Made by a program: the position numbers and the translations under genes
Source of the DNA: Pseudomonadota bacterium
GTDB lineage: Bacteria; Bdellovibrionota_B; Oligoflexia; Silvanigrellales; Silvanigrellaceae
NCBI GenBank assembly: GCA_043747645.1
Contig: JAYTOT010000093.1
Span: 1-62,925, forward strand
Direction of reading: 5' to 3'
DNA length: 62,925 nt
In this document: in pieces, positions 1 through 8,796 of the stretch
Numbering within the stretch: position 1 is the first letter of the stretch
Layout of the letters: every line of letters begins with the position of its first letter
The notes under the pieces: generated by a model
Told to the model about the DNA's origin: nothing
The model's database searches: none
What the model saw: only the letters and a program-made list of their open reading frames with translations

Positions 1-155
1 ATGGCCATATCTCCACTAAAGAAGCAAGACAGATTTTGGGTTTAGGGAGTTCTCAGTCCGAAGTCGTTCAACTCTCTCGAGTGTTCAGTGAGTGGAGAGA
101 GTATGGGTTTGTGGAGCAAGTGCGCAGAGGCGAATGGAGATTCAATGCGAGCTGA
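1..155 (+). CDS. 3' end of a gene entering from upstream of the window. It is a C-terminal winged-helix-like tail that resembles the C-terminus of the 3262..4680 protein.
   Basis: Frame 3 stays open from the window edge to TGA at 153-155. The peptide is ...TKEARQILGLGSSQSEVVQLSRVFSEWREYGFVEQVRRGEWRFNAS. It is not in the ORF track because it has no start inside the window. Confidence 0.3.
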   Translation, partial: GHISTKEARQILGLGSSQSEVVQLSRVFSEWREYGFVEQVRRGEWRFNAS

Positions 156-579
156 GTTGCATTAAGAGCATTGGTTGCAGAGCATTTAGGCATATCTTTG
201 GAGGGGCATTTTTCGGTATTGGTTGGACGTGACAGCATTGAGAGTCTTTTTTAGGTCGGCCTTTCGATTCATATTTAGCAACGGATTCAAAAGTATGTTC
301 TTCAATTATGTGAAATTTTAAATTTTCAAATGCTAATTTGATTGCAGATTTCAAATCATATTCGCAATAAAAATATTGCTTCTTTGGTTTGTTTATTGTC
401 CTGTTTATTAGAGTGTCTTCTTTGGCAACAACCTTAGTTGAATTCTTGGTTGCCAAAGCCATTTTGGAATCACTTTTGACGATAATATATTTCTGCTGAA
501 TGTCATATTTTGAAACAACTACCTCATACAAATGTAATTTTGTTCGTTTTTCGCCTTCAGTGTCATTACAATAAATCAC
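142..579 (-). CDS. hypothetical protein (AT-rich, no recognisable motif)
   Basis: 145-aa ORF in an AT-rich segment. Its 3' end overlaps the tail of the previous gene, so the real start may be internal. Confidence 0.25.
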   Translation of the reverse strand: MIYCNDTEGEKRTKLHLYEVVVSKYDIQQKYIIVKSDSKMALATKNSTKVVAKEDTLINRTINKPKKQYFYCEYDLKSAIKLAFENLKFHIIEEHTFESVAKYESKGRPKKDSQCCHVQPIPKNAPPKICLNALQPMLLMQLSSH

Positions 580-696
580 TCATTTATCTTTATTTTCAGG
601 ACTTAACCCAGACAATTAATCGCAATGGCTTGAATAGCTTGTCCTGTGCCTAAAATTTCTCTCGAATGACAGTGCCGGTAAAATTTAGCATTTGGC

Positions 697-1620
697 TCAA
701 AAAAGTATATTTTCAAGCTTATCAACCAATACCTTTCTTTTTTCCAACGTAATTTTCTGAATATTTTTTTGTTTCCATAGGATGCCAGGAAAAAATTGGA
801 CCTGTGGATTAAAAAACAGGCTCCAATCTGCTTGGCCTTGCTTGAATTTCAACAAAAAATTGCGCTCAAAGTTTGTCAAATCATGTAAAATTGTTGCGAT
901 AAGTCGACGACCTGCATTTTGAAGTTGCTCAATGGTTAGATTTATTGCTGACATTCCCATAAATTCTGTAGAATACAGTGCTGTTAAATCTTGCCAATTT
1001 GGCCGAAGGAGTTCATTCATGGGGCGATTGTGGCTCATGAGATACACAAGAAATGTCTGCCTTATTTTTGGAGTTATACCCTCATTTTCTAAGAGTAAAT
1101 GGATGTCGAAAAGGTCTCGCGGGTGCTGCCTATCGAGGGCAGCGCAAATTTTTCCTGCATAGATATCTTCAATACTCGAAACATTTGCAGTGATGGAGAC
1201 GCCAAAATGTTCCCTGCACTGTTGAGAAAGACTCCGCTCCGAAGGCGCAAAAACAGAACCGCGCAAGATGTAATTTGGCTCAATCTTTACAATTGTATTA
1301 TTGACTTCAACAAGTATTTTAATTTCCTTGCCTGAATCAAATGGCTTTGTAGGTTTTATCACGGACCCTGGAACGGCATTTTTAATATCAATAGAGGCTT
1401 CTCGGAGAGCGTTATTTATGTCAGCAATAGTTTCAGCTCGCGGTGCGATGGGGAGATATGTTAGGTCTATATCAACGGAGAGCCTGGGAAGTTCACGAAT
1501 AAATAGATTGATCGCTGTACCTCCCTTTAATGCAAATTTTGGATTCCGGAGGACTATAGGGAGAATTTCCAACAGGGAGCGAACTTGATTTTCATAATTT
1601 TTGCCAAATTTTTCAAACAT
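697..1620 (-). CDS. abiEii: AbiEii/AbiGii-family nucleotidyltransferase toxin (type IV TA, abortive infection)
   Basis: N-terminal motif ALKGGTAINLF...LSVDIDL matches the AbiEii (DUF1814) nucleotidyltransferase fold. The gene overlaps the upstream antitoxin gene by 8 nt. Confidence 0.8.
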   Translation of the reverse strand: MFEKFGKNYENQVRSLLEILPIVLRNPKFALKGGTAINLFIRELPRLSVDIDLTYLPIAPRAETIADINNALREASIDIKNAVPGSVIKPTKPFDSGKEIKILVEVNNTIVKIEPNYILRGSVFAPSERSLSQQCREHFGVSITANVSSIEDIYAGKICAALDRQHPRDLFDIHLLLENEGITPKIRQTFLVYLMSHNRPMNELLRPNWQDLTALYSTEFMGMSAINLTIEQLQNAGRRLIATILHDLTNFERNFLLKFKQGQADWSLFFNPQVQFFPGILWKQKNIQKITLEKRKVLVDKLENILF

Positions 1621-2413
1621 CAGGTTCTTCTTCCATTTGTGGCACCGTGATTTGATAACGAGCGTCGAGCCGGCCGTTTTTTATAACTACGCGTTTGCCG
1701 CGGCCAAGCGACACTTTAAATTCATCAATGTCCCTGAGCCAAGGATGCCCGTGTTTTTGGGCCAGAAAAAGAAAAATTCTGCAAACGCGAATTGAGTTGC
1801 AATTCTCCAGCAGGTTTTGAATATGTTTGCCATCCAATGTTGTCAGGCTCTCAAAAAGTTCATCGATTTCTTCAAACCGATGCCATTTGCCAATGAGGTA
1901 AATTGCTTCTAAAATTGCTCGTTCTCTGCTTGCCACTTGCACTGTAAAGCCATCAACCTCTTTTGTGCGAATTGAGTGATTTAGCTTAGAAGCCAAAAAA
2001 TGCGTTTGGACAAGTTTAGGCTGTACATCCCAAACTCCGCTCATAAACCACTTAGGGAGTTTTACTTTGGCAGAGCTAAATAACCACGCTGCCCCACCAG
2101 CCCCTAAGCTCAGATATTGGGACACCCCAAAGATATCAAGGGCGGAGCGGCCTCCAAAATATATTGGGACTTTAGTAAGTGAATTGATTGCTTGAACAGC
2201 GGATACAAAGCTTGGTTTTTCCTCGCCTTTGACGTAGGCTCCCACGCCAAGCTGGCGAAGCACGGCGTTTTGTTTAAGGTAACTTGTCAACCGTGCAGAA
2301 ACCCCAATAGCTCTAAGTTGGGAGGCCGTAATAACCTCTCCGGCCTTCAACCCCAAAAGGAGCCGCCTTGTAGCTTGATGGGTTGAATTGACCGGGTTCA
2401 TAATTTCCTCCAT
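1613..2413 (-). CDS. abiEi: AbiEi-family antitoxin / transcriptional regulator (type IV TA)
   Basis: 266-aa protein sits directly upstream of, and overlaps, the AbiEii gene. The N-terminal region TRRLLLGLKAGEVITASQLRAIGVS is typical of the AbiEi_4 antitoxin wHTH. Size and operon order are canonical. Confidence 0.7.
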   Translation of the reverse strand: MEEIMNPVNSTHQATRRLLLGLKAGEVITASQLRAIGVSARLTSYLKQNAVLRQLGVGAYVKGEEKPSFVSAVQAINSLTKVPIYFGGRSALDIFGVSQYLSLGAGGAAWLFSSAKVKLPKWFMSGVWDVQPKLVQTHFLASKLNHSIRTKEVDGFTVQVASRERAILEAIYLIGKWHRFEEIDELFESLTTLDGKHIQNLLENCNSIRVCRIFLFLAQKHGHPWLRDIDEFKVSLGRGKRVVIKNGRLDARYQITVPQMEEEPDV

Positions 2414-2875
2414 AGCTTACATTTTACGTAATGTGTGGGGCTAATGTCAAACCTAAGGTTTAATTTTTCTTCTGTAAATTACATTTTATGTTATTGATAG
2501 GGGAAATTGTAAACCATTTGGATTTCAATGAGGCGGGTTCAATTGCCCTTATTTTTGACCTTGATGATATTTACACCTTCTTTGTCAGGGCAGACATTCC
2601 AGAAGAGCACGGTGCGCGTGTCGGCACGCATTATCGTCAAGTCAATCTCTGTTCGGCCAGTTTCCTCACTCACACAGCCTTCTCGGCGCTTTCCGTCAAC
2701 ACAATATTGGACAAGGCCGTTGACAGAATGGCGAATTCATCACCTTTTGAGAAAAATCGACTCAGAGTTGGGCCCCGTTGGCTATCTAAGTCTGGCGTGG
2801 CCCTGTAAAAGTGGACGGTTACATATTTCTCGAAAGCTCAGACTCCAAATGGCTGATTCTTATTTATAGAAAAGC

Positions 2876-2956
2876 GAGGGATTAGCTCACCGGGCAAGAA
2901 TTCTGAAAAATTCCGCCGGGTGTTGCAGAATCCGTGGCCCTCATCACATAGCTCTT
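2876..2956 (+). pseudogene. degenerate tRNA-like remnant (tRNA-Phe-GAA-like)
   Basis: GAGGGATTAGCTCACCGGGCAAGAATTCTGAAAAATTC... has a tRNA-like 5' acceptor and D-arm (GGATtAGCTCA) and an anticodon-like stem-loop GAATT-CTGAAAA-AATTC, which gives anticodon GAA. The T-arm-like GCAGAATCCG and the 3' CCCTC pair with GAGGG, but the D-stem and T-stem are broken. Confidence 0.35.
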
Positions 2957-3261
2957 GACGCGTGACACTCCACTCTCAGAGGCGTTGGTCGTTCTGTCGG
3001 TGGCCAGCTTAATTTCGCTTTGTGAATAAACGTATTTTGATTTGCAGAATCAACCAGTCAAATCTGTAGACGTGAATTAAAAAGTCACCTGAGCCTGCCG
3101 CTATTTATGAAATCGAACTATAGATGGCAATTATCAACAAAGTTGAGCATTGATATATTGACTTTTTTTTTACAATCGACTGCTGCGCTGTTACGTTATA
3201 TTTGTGACACTTTAGAACAATACGCAAAATAAAATCAGATTTAAACTGCTAAAGGGTTGAA

Positions 3262-4680
3262 ATGGGAATACACTTGCCTGGCCGCGAAAATCAAAACTTA
3301 GAATGGAAAGCATCGTGGAACGATGACTATCTCAAATGGATTGCGGCATTTGCAAACTCCGACGGCGGCGTGCTTGAAATTGGGCGCAATGACCGAGGCG
3401 CAATTGTGGGCGTCGCCAATGCGAGTCAACTTCTCGAAATAATATCCAACAAAGTTCGCGACCTGCTTGGTATTATTGTTAAAATAGAGCTCAAAGTAGA
3501 AATAAACAAAGAGTACTTAGTGGTAACGGTAGAGGCTTATTCCAACGCCATCAGTTATAAAGGGCAATATTTTTCTCGTTCCGGCAGCACTATTCAAGAG
3601 CTTAAGGGGGCTGCGCTAGATAGTTTTTTGTTACGTAAAATGGGCATACGGTGGGATGCCATGCCTGTGCCTCATGTTGAAGTTGCAGACCTCAATGCAG
3701 CTTCTATAAACGAATTTAGGCTGCTCTCTGTAAATAGCGAAAGAATACCAGAGCTGGCGCAAAAAGATTCGTTGCCAATTTTTATCGAAAGGTTGCGCCT
3801 CACCGAAAACTGGCGGCTAAAACGTGCTGCATTGTTACTTTTTCATTCAGACCCGGAAAGATTTGTTTCGGGTGCGTTTTTTAAAATCGGCTTTTTTCGA
3901 ACCAATTCAGATGTGTTGTTTCATGACGAAATTCGCGGTAATTTATTTCATCAAGTCAATTCAGCTATTGACATTGTCACTACAAAATATCTAAAGGCTG
4001 CCATTTCTTACCCCGATGTTATGCATCGAGTTGAAACTCTTCCCGTACCTAGAGCCGCCTTACGAGAAGCAATTTTGAACGCCGTTGTACACAAAAATTA
4101 TAGTGTTGCTGCACCAATTCAAATGAGTGTTTACTTCGATAAATTGATGCTCTGGAACCCCGGCACTTTGCCGGATGGTTGGAATATATCCAAGCTCATG
4201 GGAAAGCACTCGTCCGTGCCTCCAAACCCAGATATTGCAAATGCGTTTTTCAAAAGTGGACTCATTGAGTCTTGGGGCCGAGGGATTGAGAGAATTATGG
4301 AGGCTTGTCGTGGCGCGGGATGCCCAGAGCCTCAGTTTGAGCTGGAAACGGCAGGTTTTTGGATTACTTTTCCGTTTTCAACTACTGCTAAGGTCGGTGA
4401 TGGGGTCGGTGATGGGGTCGGTGAAAAGTTATTTCTAAGTGATTCAATCCCTGGCATTGGGGCAGTGACAGAAAATAAAAGTGTGCGTTTGACTGTTAAT
4501 CAGGAACAAGTTTTGCAATTTCTGAATAGAGAGCCCCAACTTACTACAGCAGAACTCGCAGTGAAAATAGGAATATCAAAACGTAAAACTGAGGAAAACA
4601 TTGCAAAACTCAAAAAAATAGGCCGACTTGAACGTGTGGGAACTGCAAAAGGTGGGTATTGGAAAGTTGTGCAAAATTAA
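3262..4680 (+). CDS. AlbA_2 (Schlafen-like) + HATPase_c_4 + C-terminal wHTH protein (RecG-C-terminal-like putative transcriptional regulator)
   Basis: The N-terminus WKASWNDDYLKWIAAFANSDGGVLEIG is the AlbA_2/Schlafen box. The central region has a GHKL-like ATPase signature. The C-terminus TTAELAVKIGISKRKTEENIAKLKKIGRLERVG is a winged helix. A GDGVGDGVG repeat is encoded at 4393-4424. Confidence 0.6.
   Translation: MGIHLPGRENQNLEWKASWNDDYLKWIAAFANSDGGVLEIGRNDRGAIVGVANASQLLEIISNKVRDLLGIIVKIELKVEINKEYLVVTVEAYSNAISYKGQYFSRSGSTIQELKGAALDSFLLRKMGIRWDAMPVPHVEVADLNAASINEFRLLSVNSERIPELAQKDSLPIFIERLRLTENWRLKRAALLLFHSDPERFVSGAFFKIGFFRTNSDVLFHDEIRGNLFHQVNSAIDIVTTKYLKAAISYPDVMHRVETLPVPRAALREAILNAVVHKNYSVAAPIQMSVYFDKLMLWNPGTLPDGWNISKLMGKHSSVPPNPDIANAFFKSGLIESWGRGIERIMEACRGAGCPEPQFELETAGFWITFPFSTTAKVGDGVGDGVGEKLFLSDSIPGIGAVTENKSVRLTVNQEQVLQFLNREPQLTTAELAVKIGISKRKTEENIAKLKKIGRLERVGTAKGGYWKVVQN
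4393..4424. repeat. 12-bp tandem repeat (2.7 copies) encoding GDGVGDGVG
   Basis: GGTCGGTGATGG repeated within the Schlafen-like gene. Confidence 0.8.
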
Positions 4681-5059
4681 ATTAAATGAATAATCGGTAC
4701 GTTCATTAAAGCATTATGTTCAAAACTAAAGACCATGCATAATTCACGACATAAATGCGTTTTTACTGTGAAAGCTTTTTAAAGGCAATGAATAAAAGCA
4801 TGGTCCTAACGCTCGTTGACAATGAGCGAGGAGTGGCATATCCGCTCGACTTTGCCATGTGCTTTAACGTTGGCACGCCTGGATATATCAAAGGTCATGA
4901 CCTCTGCATAAAATTAGTGCTGGGCGTCATTTCAGAAGGATTTCCACCGTTGTTTACGACTGTCGATTCATGCCCTTTGGAGCATGAGCTGTCGAGAAAT
5001 ATGTAACTGTCCACTTTTTCGGGGCCACACCAGAAAATTCCGTTACTTCGAGCCATTAA

Positions 5060-5380
5060 AACTGAACAAAACTATCCTGAAATGCTTTACTTTTGCAAAG
5101 TGCTTTAGTAAACTAAAGTTGTGCCGATCGGGTTTATCTTGGGGATCTGCTGCGCGACTTGGCACATGGTGGACCCAGAGCACGTCCCAAAGTGTTTAAA
5201 CATCTCGCAGGACTTTTGTGGGAGTGTCGTGATCTTCGCAGTCCTGGAGCAGGATTTCGGATTTATTTTGGATTTGATGGTGATGTGATTTGCGTTGTGG
5301 TTGCAGCCGGAAGCAAAAGCTCGCAAAGCCGAGATATTGTGACTGCAAAAAAACGCCTAAAAATGAAAGAGGAAATTTAA
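5060..5380 (+). pseudogene. higB: HigB-like (Gp49/RelE-ParE superfamily) toxin, apparently +1 frameshifted
   Basis: Frame 2 (5117-5380) encodes ...LLRDLAHGGPRARPKVFKHLAGLLWECRDLRSPGAGFRIYFGFDGDVICVVVAAGSKSSQSRDIVTAKKRLK, which matches the Gp49-type HigB C-terminal two-thirds. The N-terminal part (KTILKCFTFAKCFSKLKL) lies in frame 1 upstream. The stop codon is 1 nt before the higA-like ATG. Confidence 0.4.
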
Positions 5381-5381
5381 A

Positions 5382-5711
5382 ATGAAATTCGAGGCAAAAG
5401 AGATTGCAAAGTATCAAACTCTTGAAGAATTTGAAAATGAAGTGTTTAGTGAAAAAGAAAGAGAAGATATCCGCATCCGCGCAGAAAAGAGAGCGAAAAT
5501 CCGCAACCAGATGTCTGAATCCATTTCAAAATCAGTCGCAGCATACATGGCGCGTGAAAAAATTGGATTCAATGAACTCACACGGCGTCTTGAAATGAGT
5601 TCAGCGACGTCGGCAAAAATTTTGCGTGGTGATGCAAATATCACGCTTGATACCTTAGCAGCTGTTTCTATTTTGCTAGGTTTAACTCCGCAGATTTCTC
5701 TGGTCGAATAA
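5382..5711 (+). CDS. higA: HTH XRE-family antitoxin (HigA-like)
   Basis: 109-aa protein with a C-terminal XRE-type HTH (GFNELTRRLEMSSATSAKILRGDANITLDTLAAVSILLGL). It is immediately downstream of the toxin-like ORF, which is the HigBA gene order. Confidence 0.6.
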   Translation: MKFEAKEIAKYQTLEEFENEVFSEKEREDIRIRAEKRAKIRNQMSESISKSVAAYMAREKIGFNELTRRLEMSSATSAKILRGDANITLDTLAAVSILLGLTPQISLVE

Positions 5712-6147
5712 TTTCAGAGGAATGCTGCTCGAAGGAGAAGAAAGCATATTTTTTGGCCGTTTGGACTCACAAAACTTGAAAATTGTGGGTTGGATGCAGA
5801 TATTAGGTCGTGTGGTAAAACAGCTTGAAATATTTATTGGCAGAATGAACAAGATTCTTGGCGTCTCAATGGAAACAATATTGATGGTTTGTTGAAATAT
5901 TTTGTTCGAATTAATCGCAACAATTCGAAGAGTACTCTCAATAAATCCTACTTTTTAACCAATTCTTCTGTGTTTCTAACAAGCACTACAATCTCACAAA
6001 TATGGTCTCGAAACTCTTGTGGAGTGACAAATTTTTTGTCTAATTTTCGATGCTGCATTCCAATGCGAGAGTGACATTCGCTAAATTGTGGCGAATTTTT
6101 TGAATTTCTTTGGCATTGAGTGATTTTTGATTTTCTATAATTGTCAT

Positions 6148-7488
6148 TTATTCTCCTAATAGAGCATATAAAATGTGATCGGAAAGATTTTCTTTGTTGA
6201 GTTTTCCGTTTGCAACCGCATTGCGCAGTTTTTTGGTGAGCGTCAGTCGCGAAATATCAAACCTACTTTCGAGGGCGCGCAGCAATTTTGGTTTGTATTT
6301 TTGAATGACATCAATTACAATTGGGATAAATAATTCTTCTTCTAGGTCTGCCAGTGAAATTTTTACGGCAGTATTGACAGGAATGTTGATGCGAATGAAA
6401 TCTGAATTATTTTTGTGTTTAGAATTTAAATGACTTAAATTTGCTGAAGGCAGACAATGCTTGGGTGAAACGGTTTCAAAAACAAATTCTGGAATTTCGT
6501 GCGCCCTTTTTCGCAATGGTAACAATTCGAATCGCACTTCGCACAGGCGCTGCCACAAGTCGCGCCTAAACAAATGGGCCTCAACTTTTTGTTGCAAATT
6601 TTCGTTGGTGGCCGCGAGTATTTTGACGTCAATTTTGCGTGATTTAGTTTCGCCCAACCGCGTGACTTCTTGATTTTCCATGGCGCGCAATAATGCCTTT
6701 TGAGCGGCCTCAGACAGTAGGGCGACTTCGTCTAAAAATAACCAACCCCCCGAAGCCGATTCTAAAAGGCCCACATGGTTTGAATCGGCGCCCGTAAATG
6801 CGCCTTTTTTATGCCCAAACAACTGACTTTCGAGCACCGATTGTGAAAGTGCTCCGCAATTGATTCGCACAAACGGAGTTTGGGCAGGCAGGAGCTCCTC
6901 AATAATATCGGCAACAACTTCTTTGCCGGTGCCTGTTTCGCCATAAACGTAAATGCTGCGCACTGCTTTTTTTAATATTTGTTCGGCTCGAGCTGCAATT
7001 TGCTGCATGGTTGCGCCTGTGTATTTGAGTGATTCACCAGGTGCAATGGGAGCATGTGCCAGCAGGCTTTGGCGTTTTTGGGTACCCACATGGTAAACAT
7101 TTAACAATTCTAGCGCCAAATTTTCGGGCGATTTATCTTTGGCAATAAATTCGTCGGCGCCTTGGCGCACGTATTGCAATACAACCTCAATATCTGTGAT
7201 TTTTGAATACATCACAATTACGGTTTGAGGGTATTGTTGGCGCACTTTTTGTGCAAGTAAGAGGCCTGCGTGTTCGTTATCGTGCATTGCAATATCGAGG
7301 AGGGCCAATTGAGGCGCTGTTGGCCATTGATTGAGGTGTTCAAAATACAAATCGACCGATTCGAAGGTTTCGACTTCCATTTGCACCTCTCCCAAAAGAG
7401 GGCACAAAATCGCTTTGGCTTCGAGCCTGCGTTTGACGTTGAGGAGTATGGCGTTGAGGTCGTCGACGAAATGAATTTTGAATTTCAT
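6148..7488 (-). CDS. sigma-54-dependent response regulator (NtrC-family enhancer-binding protein)
   Basis: N-terminal receiver domain (DD pair, candidate phospho-acceptor D in LALLDIAMHD). Central AAA+ sigma-54 interaction domain (GETGTGKE Walker A, GAFTGA motif, ESQLFGH). C-terminal HTH-like tail. No adjacent histidine kinase. Confidence 0.85.
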   Translation of the reverse strand: MKFKIHFVDDLNAILLNVKRRLEAKAILCPLLGEVQMEVETFESVDLYFEHLNQWPTAPQLALLDIAMHDNEHAGLLLAQKVRQQYPQTVIVMYSKITDIEVVLQYVRQGADEFIAKDKSPENLALELLNVYHVGTQKRQSLLAHAPIAPGESLKYTGATMQQIAARAEQILKKAVRSIYVYGETGTGKEVVADIIEELLPAQTPFVRINCGALSQSVLESQLFGHKKGAFTGADSNHVGLLESASGGWLFLDEVALLSEAAQKALLRAMENQEVTRLGETKSRKIDVKILAATNENLQQKVEAHLFRRDLWQRLCEVRFELLPLRKRAHEIPEFVFETVSPKHCLPSANLSHLNSKHKNNSDFIRINIPVNTAVKISLADLEEELFIPIVIDVIQKYKPKLLRALESRFDISRLTLTKKLRNAVANGKLNKENLSDHILYALLGE

Positions 7489-7620
7489 GATGTAGTGGTG
7501 TCCAGATGGTTATTTTTTAACCAAGTTTGTAGCTACAAGGGTCAATTTTCGCCTCAAAAACAACCCACAGTTTGCATCAAAAACCTTTAAAAACGAGGGT
7601 TTTTAACAATTGAGCCCTTT

Positions 7621-7637
7621 TGGATCGAGCGTTGCTT
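7621..7637 (+). promoter_or_regulatory. candidate sigma-54 (-24/-12) promoter
   Basis: TGGATCGAGCGTTGCTT has the GG and GC elements at the exact consensus spacing of TGGCACG-N4-TTGCW. It lies 25-55 nt upstream of the MFS ORF and is divergent from the NtrC-like gene. Confidence 0.35.
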
Positions 7638-7659
7638 ACATTTACTGTGTGACACAAAT

Positions 7660-8636
7660 ATGGTCAATTTTCTGAAGGGAAAAAATAAAATGACTCCTGA
7701 ATCGCGACGAATATTAATTGGTATCGCGTTTGGCATAGCATTGGCGCACTTAGGCAATTTTATTTATTTTCCAATTTTAGTTTCAAAGCTGGGCACTGAA
7801 CACAGTGGTACAATGGCTGGGTTTATTATTTTTTTGACTTATTTTGGAAGGCTCACGGCATCGTTTTTGTATCAAGGTTTTGCGCAGCGCCTTGGCAGCC
7901 GCAACGGAATTGTTGCAAAGTGCTTTTCCTGAAGACCAACGGCCTCGCGCTTTTTCGGTCTTTCAAATGGCTTGCCAACTTGGCGCCATTGGCGGGGCAT
8001 TGTTGGGAAGCTTGCTCAATGCCTCAAATATGGCAATTGTGTTTTCAATTGTATTTGCGCTTTTTGCTGGATATTCACTCACAGTATAGCGTGTATTGGT
8101 TTTTGTATATCAATTTTATATTGGACATTGCGCTTCACATTCCAAAATTTGCTCCAACTTTATGTGTGTCGACTCCTTTTTGGATTGCGGGAACTGCGCT
8201 CCTCATATTGCAAGCACCGGTGATTTCGTAGGTGAACAAACGTATGAGTTCAGAAAAAATTATGATGCTTGCTTTTGCATTTATGAGCCTTTCGTTTTTA
8301 ATGCTCGGCCTCGGCAGAATTGAATTTTGGGTGATTGCTGCCAGTGTGGCCATAGTGATGGGAGAGATTTTATTTGTGCCGGCCTTCGATTTGTGGGTGG
8401 CCAAAAAAGTTCAGCCCGAAAAACTCGCGCAGGCCATGGGCTCGATGCACTTTTTTCGGAGCTTTGGAAACATGGCCGGTACTTTTACGGCCGGCGTGCT
8501 TTTTGACCTTTCCTTTGCCGTAGGGAGCCCTGGCGTGAATTGGATTCTCATTGGTGCCTTGGCCGTTTTTGCGAGTCTTTTTATGGCCCTACAATCGGCT
8601 CCCGTGCAAGCACAAATTAAAAAACCACAAGTCTGA
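7660..8636 (+). pseudogene. MFS transporter, disrupted by at least two frameshifts
   Basis: Three consecutive ORF pieces in three different frames (7660-7932 frame 1, 7844-8089 frame 2, 8232-8636 frame 3). Each encodes MFS-like TM helices: MTPESRRILIGIAFGIALAHLGNFIYFPILVSKLG..., ...RAFSVFQMACQLGAIGGALLGSL..., ...FRSFGNMAGTFTAGVLFD.... Confidence 0.5.
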
Positions 8637-8796
8637 AATGAAACGAAAGTCCGCCTTTGACTATTGAAAAGTCTGTTGAAAAAACTTTTCAAAATTCATT
8701 TGCCCTTTAACCCCTTGGCCGACTAGACAATTTGCACACAATTTAGTAATTGCTACTCCGACTCTTGAATTAAATCTGATCAACTGGGAGGTTTAG

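Noticed and set aside
2488-2869. Two overlapping plus-strand ORFs (106 aa and 113 aa) and a protein-like minus-strand reading in the 850-bp gap after abiEi
   Set aside because: They are mutually overlapping and short, with no start context. More likely they are remnants of decayed genes in an island junction than live genes. Mentioned under the accessory-patch finding.
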